This document shows positions 47,526 to 56,196 of a stretch of 64,000 nt of DNA, in pieces. This DNA is from an uncultured Acidobacteriota bacterium (lineage in GTDB: Bacteria; Acidobacteriota; Thermoanaerobaculia; Multivoradales; DATKCC01). Position 1 is the first letter of the stretch; each line of letters starts with the position of its first letter. Position numbers and translations under genes: made by a program. The DNA is taken from positions 137,215 to 201,214 of the forward strand of contig CAVUBL010000011.1 in assembly GCA_963739795.1 (NCBI GenBank), in the 5' to 3' direction. The notes under the pieces are model-generated. The model had not been told where the DNA came from and did no database searches. It worked only from the letters and a program-made list of their open reading frames with translations.

Positions 47526-48370
47526 GCCCTGTGCGCCGCGCCCTCTTCCACTCCGCCGTCCTGTCGTTGTTCCTCGCCAGTCTGCTGCTGCCCGCGGCCG
47601 GCTGCAAGAGCGGCGCGAAGGCCAACCCGATCCTGCACCTCTCGGCGAAGGAGGCCCTGACCCAGGGCAAGCAGCTCATGGCCGACAAGAAGTACTCGCG
47701 GGCCCGGGAGTACCTCCAGCACGCCTTCGAGGTGGAGCCCAACTCGCTGGCCGGGCGTGAGGGCCTGCTCCTGGTCGCCGACAGCTACTACCTGGACGGC
47801 GGCCGGACCGACCTGATCCAGGCCGAGGCCAAGTACCGCGACTACCTGAACCGGTTCCCCACCAGCGACCGGGCGGCCTACGTCCAGTTCCAGATCGGCA
47901 ACAGCCTGGCCAAGCGCATGGGCCCCCCGGATCGCGACCAGAGCGTCTCCAAGGATGCCCTCAAGGCTTACGAGGACCTCCTGCGCCTCTACCCGACGAG
48001 CGAGTACGCCGCGCAGGCGCGGGAGAAGATGCGGCTGGTGCGGGAGAACCTGGCCGACCACGAGTACGTCGTCGGCGACTTCTATCTGACCTACAGGGTT
48101 CCCCGCGCCGCCGAGAAGCGTTTCGCCTACCTGATCGAGAACTACCCTGCGTACAGCGAGCGGGACAAGGTGCTCTACAAGCTGGGGATCGCCCAGCTCC
48201 GGGGGCACGAGAACGCCGACGCGAAGAAGACCTTCGACCGCCTCGCCCGGGAATACCCCGACAGCCGCTACACCCACGAGATCCCGGACGTTCCCCCGCC
48301 GAAGGCGGAGCCGGCCGCGGCCGGAGACGGCAAGAAGGAGTCCAAGGACGACAAGGAGGCCTCGGGATGA
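47522..48370 (+). CDS. bamD: outer membrane protein assembly factor BamD (lipoprotein, TPR)
   Basis: lipobox LLLPAAGCKSG; TPR architecture with ...ADSYYLDGG..YLNRFPTSDRAAYVQFQIGNSL..EDLLRLYPTSEYA typical of BamD/YfiO. Confidence 0.7.
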   Translation: MSPVRRALFHSAVLSLFLASLLLPAAGCKSGAKANPILHLSAKEALTQGKQLMADKKYSRAREYLQHAFEVEPNSLAGREGLLLVADSYYLDGGRTDLIQAEAKYRDYLNRFPTSDRAAYVQFQIGNSLAKRMGPPDRDQSVSKDALKAYEDLLRLYPTSEYAAQAREKMRLVRENLADHEYVVGDFYLTYRVPRAAEKRFAYLIENYPAYSERDKVLYKLGIAQLRGHENADAKKTFDRLAREYPDSRYTHEIPDVPPPKAEPAAAGDGKKESKDDKEASG

Positions 48371-49317
48371 GCCGCCGGGGAAGCTCGGTGGCGGGACTCC
48401 TCGTCGGCGGCTTGGCCCTCGCCGGCGTCTCGTGCTCCAGCTCGGCCTGGGTACACCCGCGCCCGGTGCAGGAGCCGACGTCCTCCGAGGTGGCCGAGCT
48501 CCAAGCCCGCGTCCTCGATCTCCAGCGTCAGGCGGCGGTGACCCAGGTCGAGCTCGAGCGCTTGCGCCAGGAGGTGGCCCGGCTCGAGGCCCGGTCTGGG
48601 GTTGCTCCCGGCACCGGGAGCCTGGCTCCGGCGAGCTCCGGCGGATCGGCCGGCGCGGCGAGCGCCCCCTCCGCCTCTGGCCACGCCGAAGGGAACTTCG
48701 AAGTCGAAGATCTGACGGACGAGGCCCGCCACGCTCGGGCAACCCCCGGGACCCCCCCCGGAACGGCATCCCGGACCGCAGCCGCTCCGGCGCCCCCTCC
48801 CGGCCCGCCGCGGGCGGTCGAGGAATCGCCCGCGCCCGGGCCTCGTCCGCAAGCTCCCCGCCAGTCCACCGCGACGGTGACACCGGCGGAGCCGGAGCCC
48901 GAAGCGACCCCGGCGCAGGGCGCCGCGGGGAACGGGATCAGCTCCGTGGCGCAGTCCCTCTACGATCGGGGCTACACCCTGTACCACCAGGGCCGCTTCC
49001 TCGACGCCGAGGCGAGCTTCCAGCGCTTTATCCAGGCCTACCCCGACACCGAGCTGACCGACAACGCCCAGTACTGGATCGGCGAGTGCCGTTTCTCGCG
49101 GGGGGACACGAAGGGTGCCCTGGCGGCCTTCCAGGAGACCGCGCGCCGCTACCCGGAGGGCAACAAGGTCCCCGACGCCCTGCTCAAGGCCGGCGAGTCC
49201 ATGGCCAAGCTGGGCGACGTCGAGGGTGCCCGGAAGGCGTATCAGGACGTCAAGAAGCGCTTCCCCGGGACCACCGCCGCGGCGGTGGCGGACGATCGGC
49301 TCGCCGCCCTCCCCTGA
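48367..49317 (+). CDS. cpoB: Tol-Pal system protein YbgF/CpoB (coiled coil plus TPR)
   Basis: signal/lipobox LALAGVSCSS, N-terminal coiled coil (AELQARVLDLQRQAAVTQVELERLRQEVARLEAR), C-terminal TPR (LYDRGYTLYHQGRFLDAEASFQRFIQAYPDTELTDNAQYWIGEC). Confidence 0.65.
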   Translation: MSRRGSSVAGLLVGGLALAGVSCSSSAWVHPRPVQEPTSSEVAELQARVLDLQRQAAVTQVELERLRQEVARLEARSGVAPGTGSLAPASSGGSAGAASAPSASGHAEGNFEVEDLTDEARHARATPGTPPGTASRTAAAPAPPPGPPRAVEESPAPGPRPQAPRQSTATVTPAEPEPEATPAQGAAGNGISSVAQSLYDRGYTLYHQGRFLDAEASFQRFIQAYPDTELTDNAQYWIGECRFSRGDTKGALAAFQETARRYPEGNKVPDALLKAGESMAKLGDVEGARKAYQDVKKRFPGTTAAAVADDRLAALP

Positions 49318-49503
49318 GGTACGGGGCCCCTTCGACACCTCAAGCTCTTCTTGAGCTTCCGGTGCCTAAACCGTGAACAAACCTTGACAGAATCGACGTC
49401 ACGCGGTAGCGTTCATAGACGATTCACTATAGAAGGCCGCGGGGTCGGAGAGGGTCCGCGAGTCTGCCAAGTCTCCAGCCGGGTCTCCGGGAGGGTGTCG
49501 AAC

Positions 49504-50712
49504 ATGACCAAGCTCAAGTGCGTCATCGTGCTGACGGCGCTGGCGAGCACCGCCGCTCTGGCGGCGGCCGACCGGCCGCCCCAGGATCTCCATCAGGTGG
49601 GGGATCACTGGACCGCCTGGGAGCCTCCGGCGACGGCGAGCTTCCCTCAGGGGGCCACCGTCTATACCATCGTGCGCGGCGATACCCTCTGGGACCTCGC
49701 CGCCCGCTTCTACGGTGATTCCTACCTGTGGCCCCAGCTCTGGGAGCAGAACCGATACATCCTCGACGCCCACTGGATCTATCCCGGAGATCCCCTCCTC
49801 GTCGACGTGGAGGTGACGACGGCCGACGAGCTCGAGAAGACGGCCGGGAAGGAGGGCGCTCCCGAGCCGGGCGGGAAGGCGGCGCCTCCGGCGACGGAGG
49901 AGGATCCCTTCCGCGGCGTCCTGACCGCCGACCAGTCCGCCGGTGCGCCGGTGCCCCTGGGCGCCGAGTCGGACATCTACTGCTCCGGCTTCATCGGGGC
50001 TCCCGCTCTCGACTTCCCCTATTCGTTGATCGGCTCGGAGCACGGCGCGCTGACCCCCAGCCTCGAGGGGGTGGCCGGCAAGGAGGACACCGGCTACTAC
50101 GGTGACATCGAGACCGTGCGTTACGACCTGGCGACGGGCGATGTCGTGTACCTCGAGGTTGGCGAGGGGGCGGGCCTCGCACCAGGTGACGTTCTGAGCG
50201 CCGTCGAGCCCGAAGAGCTGGTGCACCATCCTCATCATCGCGACCGGATCCTCGGCAGGTACTACCAGTACGTCGCCCGGGTGAAGGTGCTCACCGTGCA
50301 GGACGACACCGCGATCGGGGAGATCGAGGATGCCTGCTCGCCGGTCCACGTGGGCGACCGCCTGCGCAAGTTCGAGGCCCAGCCGGTCCCGCTGGGCCGG
50401 CGCACGCGGATGCGGCCGGTCAACCTGCCGGCCAGCGAAGCCTCGCTCGCGGACGCTCCGGCGATCGTGCGCACCCAGGACAACGTGGTCAGCCTCGGGC
50501 AGGGAAACGTGGTGTTCATCGATTGCGGTGCCGCCGACGACGTGCTTCCCGGAGACCTCTTCACTATCTACCGCAAGAACAAGGCGGGCCTGCCGCCGGT
50601 GGTGCTCGGCGAGCTCGCGGTCCTGGCGGTCGAGGATCACACTGCCGTGGCGCGGATCCTCGAGTCGCGCTACACGGTCTATGTCGGCGACCTCCTGGAA
50701 GCCAAGCGGTAG
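49504..50712 (+). CDS. secreted LysM peptidoglycan-binding domain protein
   Basis: signal peptide MTKLKCVIVLTALASTAALAAA; LysM motif YTIVRGDTLWDLAARFYGDSYLWPQLWEQN; C-terminal ~300 aa of unknown function. Confidence 0.7.
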   Translation: MTKLKCVIVLTALASTAALAAADRPPQDLHQVGDHWTAWEPPATASFPQGATVYTIVRGDTLWDLAARFYGDSYLWPQLWEQNRYILDAHWIYPGDPLLVDVEVTTADELEKTAGKEGAPEPGGKAAPPATEEDPFRGVLTADQSAGAPVPLGAESDIYCSGFIGAPALDFPYSLIGSEHGALTPSLEGVAGKEDTGYYGDIETVRYDLATGDVVYLEVGEGAGLAPGDVLSAVEPEELVHHPHHRDRILGRYYQYVARVKVLTVQDDTAIGEIEDACSPVHVGDRLRKFEAQPVPLGRRTRMRPVNLPASEASLADAPAIVRTQDNVVSLGQGNVVFIDCGAADDVLPGDLFTIYRKNKAGLPPVVLGELAVLAVEDHTAVARILESRYTVYVGDLLEAKR

Positions 50713-50770
50713 GTGCCGGCCTGGGTCACCCGCGGCCTCGCCGGTCGTCGGGACGGCGGAGCGCTATGGT

Positions 50771-51049
50771 ATGCTGGCGCTTCTTTCCCGGGAAGAGATG
50801 GCGGTGAATGACCTCAACGGCCGGCTGCGGCAGATCGTGGACGAGCTCGTCCGACGAGGCCTGACCCTAGAGCAGGCCCGCCGGGAGTTCGAGAAGCAGT
50901 TCATCGTCTCGTCGCTCAAGTCCAACGACTTCAGTGTTGGACGCTCGGCCAAGTGTCTGGGCGTGCACCGCAACACCCTCCGCAACAAGGTCTCCAGCCT
51001 GGACATCGCCGTGGACGAGCTCCGCGCCGAGCGCCGCCGCAGTCGCTAG
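50771..51049 (+). CDS. Fis-family DNA-binding protein (Fis-type HTH)
   Basis: 92 aa; C-terminal FSVGRSAKCLGVHRNTLRNKVSSL matches the Fis-type helix-turn-helix. Confidence 0.5.
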   Translation: MLALLSREEMAVNDLNGRLRQIVDELVRRGLTLEQARREFEKQFIVSSLKSNDFSVGRSAKCLGVHRNTLRNKVSSLDIAVDELRAERRRSR

Positions 51050-51309
51050 CTCCCCGCCTTTCCGCTGCGCATTCCGTCTCCCGGCGGGCACGGATTTGGC
51101 ATGGAAAGGAGAGTCGGGAATTCAAATCTCCGTGGGTCGGTTGTGCACTCCGGCAGCGGAAGTGGATTTTGAAGTCCTGTCAAGATCCCGGGGGCTTAGT
51201 GAAGAAGCACGGTTCCAGCCCGCTCGATGCCTGAATTCCCTCCTGCTACACCCCTCTCCGAGACTCACGTCCACGAACGTAGACCTTCCACGAGGATACG
51301 CGTGCACTC

Positions 51310-52059
51310 ATGACTGGGAAGCCTGGAAGCAGGACCGCGCGGCGGCTGTGCGTGGTGGGAATCCTGACGTTCCTGTTCCTCGGGTTGGACACCGCTCCGA
51401 CCCTTCCCGCCATGTCGATCTCGCTGCCCGACCCGCCGAACCTCGAAGAGGTGGCGATGATGGAGGAGATGGCCGACTGGCTGGTGGGCCCCGCGGCCCA
51501 GGGCCGCCATCTCGACACCATGGTTCGGGACAATCTGGCCGATCTCATCCGGGAGAAGCCCCGGAGCTTCGAGCTGTTCCGGCGCACTCTCGACAACAAC
51601 GCCGAGCGGGAGTTCCTGCACGGTCTGCCTTACGGCGCCGTCATCCAACAGGTCGCCGATGACAACCGCCTGGACGGCCTTCTCCTGGCCGCTCTGGTCG
51701 AGGTGGAGTCGAGCTTCCTCCCCGACGTCGTCTCTCCGGTGGGCGCGGTGGGCCTGACCCAGGTCATGCCGTCGACCGCCCGGTGGCTGGGCAACGGCGT
51801 TGACCTTACCGACCCCGACTCGAACCTGGAGGTCGGGGCCCGGTACCTGAGTCAGCTCCTCGACCGCTTCGACGGCAACCTGGAGCTTGCCCTGGCGGCC
51901 TACAACGCCGGCCCGGCGGCGGTCCTCAAGTACGGAGGCATGCCGCCCTACCGCGAGACCCGCAGATACGTCTCCCGGGTGCTGACCCTCTACGCGGACC
52001 ACAATCGCGAGGTCTGGAAGACCTCCGGCGGGGTCGAGCAGCTCGCGTCGTTGGACTGA
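51310..52059 (+). CDS. lytic transglycosylase domain protein (SLT family)
   Basis: signal peptide; catalytic motif LLAALVEVESSF, GLTQVMPSTA, AYNAGPAAV. Confidence 0.8.
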   Translation: MTGKPGSRTARRLCVVGILTFLFLGLDTAPTLPAMSISLPDPPNLEEVAMMEEMADWLVGPAAQGRHLDTMVRDNLADLIREKPRSFELFRRTLDNNAEREFLHGLPYGAVIQQVADDNRLDGLLLAALVEVESSFLPDVVSPVGAVGLTQVMPSTARWLGNGVDLTDPDSNLEVGARYLSQLLDRFDGNLELALAAYNAGPAAVLKYGGMPPYRETRRYVSRVLTLYADHNREVWKTSGGVEQLASLD

Positions 52060-52218
52060 GAGCTTGTGAATGAATCGCCGACCTACTGCGGGCGCCCCCG
52101 AATCACCCCTCGCGACGTTACGCCTCCTCGACGTAGTCCCCGCTACGCCTGCGTCGGCCCGCCTTGCGAGGGGCGCCCGGGAACGCCCTCGTGACGGCCG
52201 GCGATCCATTCACAAGCT
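52058..52218. repeat. intergenic palindromic element, copy C
   Basis: terminal inverted repeats GAGAGCTTGTGAATGAATCGCCG / CGGCGATCCATTCACAAGCTCT (one A/C mismatch, which is G-U if read as minus-strand RNA); core CGCCTCCTCGACGTAGTCCCCGCTACGCCTGCGTCGGCC; inner 10-bp helix CGGGCGCCCC/GGGGCGCCCG. Confidence 0.8.
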
Positions 52219-52325
52219 CTGAGTGCGGCGCCTGCCGCGAGGTGTGAGAGAGCGCTCCGATCGATTCAGTCGGTCGGAGCGCTCGCGCGTTTGGGAAGCG
52301 GGAGCGGTGGGGAGGAGGCTAGAGG

Positions 52326-52520
52326 CTACGGGCGATGGTCGGTGCCTGAGCCGGTCCCCTCGTCGAGGTGCTCCTTGCCGTCCTCGTCCCTCAATCCCTT
52401 CTTGAAGTTGCGGATGCCTTCGCCGAGGCCCTTCCCGAGCTGGGGGATCTTCGACGCGCCGAAGATGACCACGATGATGGCGAGGATGAGCAGGAGCTCT
52501 TGTACACCGAGACCAAACAT
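52326..52520 (-). CDS. tatA: twin-arginine translocase subunit TatA/E
   Basis: [42 protein letters not shown], canonical TatA. Confidence 0.85.
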   Translation of the reverse strand: MFGLGVQELLLILAIIVVIFGASKIPQLGKGLGEGIRNFKKGLRDEDGKEHLDEGTGSGTDHRP

Positions 52521-52574
52521 TGAGTGACTCCTCGGGCGCCGGGGCGAGAGGCTCCGCCACCCTGTGGTTGGAGA

Positions 52575-53594
52575 TCAGTCTAGCAGAGCGCGTGCCAGAT
52601 CGATCCGGCCATCGGCGACCGGCCGCCAGAGCGTCTCGAGCCGCTCCACCAGGGGCTCCGTCTCGGCCACGCAGCGCAGATGGTCCAGGGCCCGAACGAG
52701 GGTCGGCGCGATGAGCGGAAGGTGCCGGGCCGCGCCTCGATGGGCGAAGGCGGCGTAGCTTCCCACCGCCTTGAGGGTTCGCTGGGCGGCCGCGCGGTGA
52801 TAGCTCTCCCGGCTGACCGGGGCCCCGTCGAGCAGGCGCTCCTCGAGGCCGGCCGGGGGGAACAGGCTGTCGTTGAGGAGCGAGGCCAGGTCGTAAGCCG
52901 GCGGGCCAAGCCGCAGATCCTGATGGTCGAGGACGCCGACCCGGGCCTTCCCGGGGCCGGCCGCGGGGCCCCCCAGAGGCATCAGGTTCCGGGCGCCGAA
53001 GTCCCGGTGGCAGGGGACGGCCGGCTCGGCACCGAGGCGCTCGCAAAGCTCGGCGAGGGCGGCGGCGACCTCGGGGCCTCCGGCGAGGCCCAAGGGCTCG
53101 AGCAGGGCGGCCTGCGTCTGGCCGAGCTCGCGCTCCAGGAGCTCCCGGTCGAGGGGCGGGTTGAGTGCGGCGACCTCGTCCCGCGCCAGGTCGGCCAGGT
53201 CGGCGATCCGGCGAGCGGCGGCGGCTGCGGCCTCGAAGTAGGGGGTGAGCTCGGTCCACGGCCGCTCCCTCTCCTCGTAGAGGGTGCGCGGTCCCAGGTC
53301 CTCCAGGAGGGCCCATCCGGCCCCGCAGTCCTCGTCGAGGACCCTGGGCACCCGGACACGGGCGCCGGTGAGCAGGCGGGTCGTCGTGAGATATCGCGAG
53401 CAGGTCGCGGCGAGATCGGGAGGGTAGAGGGCGAGGATCGCGGGGCCGGCGGCGAGGCGGAGCCGGAAGTAAGCCCGCCGGGAGACGTCCCCCGCCATGG
53501 GATGCGCCTCGCCGACCCGATGGCCCCGGCGCTCCAGGGCTTCGAGGGCCTCCAGGGCAGGGGTCAGGGGTTCAGAGGTCGGCGGGGCGGTCAT
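52575..53594 (-). CDS. phosphotransferase-family kinase (APH/AmgK-like)
   Basis: Brenner motif HRDFGARNLM and downstream Asp; overall aminoglycoside-phosphotransferase/MurNAc-GlcNAc kinase-like length and pattern. Confidence 0.55.
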   Translation of the reverse strand: MTAPPTSEPLTPALEALEALERRGHRVGEAHPMAGDVSRRAYFRLRLAAGPAILALYPPDLAATCSRYLTTTRLLTGARVRVPRVLDEDCGAGWALLEDLGPRTLYEERERPWTELTPYFEAAAAAARRIADLADLARDEVAALNPPLDRELLERELGQTQAALLEPLGLAGGPEVAAALAELCERLGAEPAVPCHRDFGARNLMPLGGPAAGPGKARVGVLDHQDLRLGPPAYDLASLLNDSLFPPAGLEERLLDGAPVSRESYHRAAAQRTLKAVGSYAAFAHRGAARHLPLIAPTLVRALDHLRCVAETEPLVERLETLWRPVADGRIDLARALLD

Positions 53595-53645
53595 CGAGGA
53601 GGTGCGAAGGGCCGAATCGGGCGGGGAAAGGCCGGGCGGGCTAGC

Positions 53646-53818
53646 CTGGACTCTTCATGAGGCGCCGTAGCGAGAGGCGAAAGAGTGTGTGAGATCAGGG
53701 CACACGTAGCGATGAGAGACGCAGGCGTACTGGACAGTACGTTGAGGAGCGAAGAGCGAGTACGCCCTGAGATCGCGTGGAATTGCGGCTCGTAGTAGGT
53801 GGCTCATGAATAGTCCAG
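53646..53818. repeat. intergenic palindromic element, copy D (inverted orientation relative to A-C)
   Basis: core present as its reverse complement (CGCAGGCGTACTGGACAGTACGTTGAGGAGCG); terminal inverted repeats CTGGACTCTTCATGAG / CTCATGAATAGTCCAG with one mismatch. Confidence 0.7.
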
Positions 53819-53911
53819 GCGAGGGGACCAGAGCCGCTATTATACGGGGACGCTGCAGCCCGAAGGAGCGCCACAGGCGCCTGGAATGGCGTCTCCGGCG
53901 GCCTTGTTCTG

Positions 53912-54298
53912 GTGCCCGCGGCGGCTCGATGCCCGGGAGGACCGAGCCGCGAGCGCACACTGCAGCGGGAGGACGCCCTGGACGACAAGCTCCGCCAAAT
54001 GCTCCGCGACCTGGGACGGGCCCTGGCCGAGGCGATCACCGACTCCTCGGACGTGACCGACGCCCTGCGCAAGCTCCACGAGGAGGGCTACAGCCTGTTC
54101 ATCCTCCTGGACCGCCAGGAGGTCGCGGGCTCGGAAGGCTCGGGCGAGGAGCTCGAGGCGGAGCCGAGCGCGGCCCAGGCTCCGGCCCAGTCCCTGGTGC
54201 GCCGCGGTGAGCCGATCTTTCGGATCCACGGCGGCGATCTCTCCTTCCTGCGGTCGATCGGCATCGATCCGACGCGCCGGGTCAAGAGCCGGAAGTGA
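53912..54298 (+). CDS. hypothetical protein
   Basis: 128-aa ORF immediately upstream of rlmN (…DALRKLHEEGYSLFILLDRQE…); start may be an internal Met near 53998. Confidence 0.35.
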   Translation: MPAAARCPGGPSRERTLQREDALDDKLRQMLRDLGRALAEAITDSSDVTDALRKLHEEGYSLFILLDRQEVAGSEGSGEELEAEPSAAQAPAQSLVRRGEPIFRIHGGDLSFLRSIGIDPTRRVKSRK

Positions 54299-54302
54299 TC
54301 CG

Positions 54303-54326
54303 CGATGACCCGATGACCCGATGACC
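54303..54326 (+). repeat. 8-bp tandem repeat CGATGACC x3 spanning the rlmN start codon
   Basis: cgatgacc cgatgacc cgatgacc at 54303-54326, preceded by a degenerate copy TGATCCGCGA; the third ATG is the annotated rlmN start. Confidence 0.8.
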
Positions 54327-55388
54327 TCCGAAGAGACACCGGAACTCCTGGGTCTGCCCCTGGAACGGCTCGCCGAGACGCTCGCTCCGGTCGTCGACCG
54401 GCCCTTCCGCGCCCGCCAGGTCTACGATGCCCTCCACCGCCGGGCGGTGGCCGATTTCGAGGCCATGACCGACCTGCCCAAGGAGCTGCGCCGGCGCCTG
54501 AGCGAGAGCTTCCGTATCGGCGGCCCCGAAGTGGTGCGCCGGGCGGCCTCCGACGACGGCACGGTCAAGTACCTTCTCGGCCTGGCGGGCGGGGCCTCGA
54601 TCGAGGCGGTGGACATCCCCGACGGCGAGCGCCGCACCTTCTGCATCTCGAGCCAGGCGGGCTGCGGCCTCGCCTGCCGCTTCTGCGTCACCGGCTTCTG
54701 GGGCCCCGGTCGCAACCTCACGGCGGGCGAGATCGTGGGCCAGGTTCTGGCGATCCGGCGGGACCGGGAGCTGCCGCCCAACGGCTTCAACCTGGTGTTC
54801 ATGGGGATGGGGGAGCCGCTCCTGAACCTCTCCAACCTGCGGGCCGCCCTCGAGCTCCTCACCGAGTCGATGTCCTGGCATCGGGTGACCGTCTCGACCG
54901 CCGGCGTGGTGCCGGGAATCGACGAGATGGCCGGCTGGCCCCGGCGTCCGAACCTCGCGGTCTCCCTCCACGCGCCGGACGACGAGCGGCGGAGCGCGCT
55001 GATGCCGGTCAACCGGAGCTATCCCTTGGGCGAGCTGCTGGCCGCCCTGGGCCGGTACCCCCTCGAACGGGGCCGACGCCTCACCATCGAGTACCTCCTG
55101 GTCCGCTCGTTCAACGACTCCGATGCCGACGCCGACCAGCTCGCCCGGCGCCTGCGCCGCCTGAAGGTGAAGGTCAACCTGATCCCCATGAACCCCGACC
55201 CGGTCCTGGGCGAGGACCTGGTGCCGCCCTCGGACGAGCGCATCGAGGCCTTTCGCGCCCGCCTCGGCGAGCGCGGCCTGGTGGCGACCGTTCGCCGCCG
55301 CCGGGGCGACGACGTGTCGGCCGCCTGCGGCCAGCTCCGGGCCTTCAGCCGAGACCCGAAGGGCTTCCGTGCGGGCCTCCACGGCTGA
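54321..55388 (+). CDS. rlmN: 23S rRNA (adenine2503-C2)-methyltransferase RlmN (radical SAM)
   Basis: CGLACRFCVTG radical SAM cluster motif and RlmN/Cfr-family context (…DIPDGERRTFCISSQAGCGL…MGMGEPLLN…). Confidence 0.85.
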   Translation: MTSEETPELLGLPLERLAETLAPVVDRPFRARQVYDALHRRAVADFEAMTDLPKELRRRLSESFRIGGPEVVRRAASDDGTVKYLLGLAGGASIEAVDIPDGERRTFCISSQAGCGLACRFCVTGFWGPGRNLTAGEIVGQVLAIRRDRELPPNGFNLVFMGMGEPLLNLSNLRAALELLTESMSWHRVTVSTAGVVPGIDEMAGWPRRPNLAVSLHAPDDERRSALMPVNRSYPLGELLAALGRYPLERGRRLTIEYLLVRSFNDSDADADQLARRLRRLKVKVNLIPMNPDPVLGEDLVPPSDERIEAFRARLGERGLVATVRRRRGDDVSAACGQLRAFSRDPKGFRAGLHG

Positions 55389-55412
55389 TCTCCGAGCCTC
55401 CGCGCCGGGGGC

Positions 55413-56159
55413 TCATCGTATCCAGACGTAGGCGACGTTGCGCCCCGCCCCCCGGCCCTCCCGCCGGTAGCTCCACAGGGCCTCGGCATCGCAACGCGTG
55501 CAGCGCACCACGATGCGCGGCGCCGGGACGCCGGCCCGGAGGAGCTGATGGCGCACGGCGCCCGGCAGGTCGAGGTGGGGCCGATCCCGGAGGCCGGGTG
55601 CCACCACGGCCGGGTGGCTCGCCGCTGCCACCTGCGCCGCCACTTCCTCGCTCACCTCGTAACAGCAGGCACCGATCGCCGGCCCGATCCAGGCGGTGAG
55701 GGCTTCCGGCGCCACACCCAGGGCCTCCACCGCCCGCGGGACCACCCCGGCGGCGATTCCACGCCAGCCGGCGTGGACCGCCCCCACCGGCCCGGGCGCC
55801 GTGCCCCTCTCGGCTCCCGTGGCGGCCAGCAGCACAGGCACGCAGTCGGCGGTGATGACCGACAGGGCGAGACCGCGCCGGGTGGTCCACAGGGCGTCGG
55901 CCTCGCCGCAGGGGCCCTCGCGAGCTTCGACCACGCGGTCGGAGTGGACCTGGCGAGCGGCGGCCACCGGCAGCCGAGCGCCCTCGACCCGCGCGAGGAT
56001 CTCGGCGCGACCGCCGCCGTCGCCGCGGCCGACGAAGCGGACCTCGACCCTCCCTGCCCGCGCCGCCCAGACGGCGTGCCCGGCCACCGTCCGCGGACCG
56101 CGCACGAGCGCGCCCGGCTCGCGCGTGTCCGGTGGCGGCGTCGGGGCCATGGCGGGCAT
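55413..56159 (-). CDS. pgeF: peptidoglycan editing factor PgeF / YfiH (DUF152, laccase-domain) family protein
   Basis: HSDRVVE, ITADCVPVLL and GAVHAGWRG conserved His/Cys/His motifs. Confidence 0.75.
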   Translation of the reverse strand: MPAMAPTPPPDTREPGALVRGPRTVAGHAVWAARAGRVEVRFVGRGDGGGRAEILARVEGARLPVAAARQVHSDRVVEAREGPCGEADALWTTRRGLALSVITADCVPVLLAATGAERGTAPGPVGAVHAGWRGIAAGVVPRAVEALGVAPEALTAWIGPAIGACCYEVSEEVAAQVAAASHPAVVAPGLRDRPHLDLPGAVRHQLLRAGVPAPRIVVRCTRCDAEALWSYRREGRGAGRNVAYVWIR

Positions 56160-56196
56160 TGTAGTCGCCGGCCGCTGGGGTAGACTTGCCCCCCCG

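Noticed and set aside
56149-56196. ATG at 56149 as the ftsE start
   Set aside because: It would overlap the divergent pgeF start codon. Alignment with FtsE begins exactly at the GTG-encoded residue at 56197.
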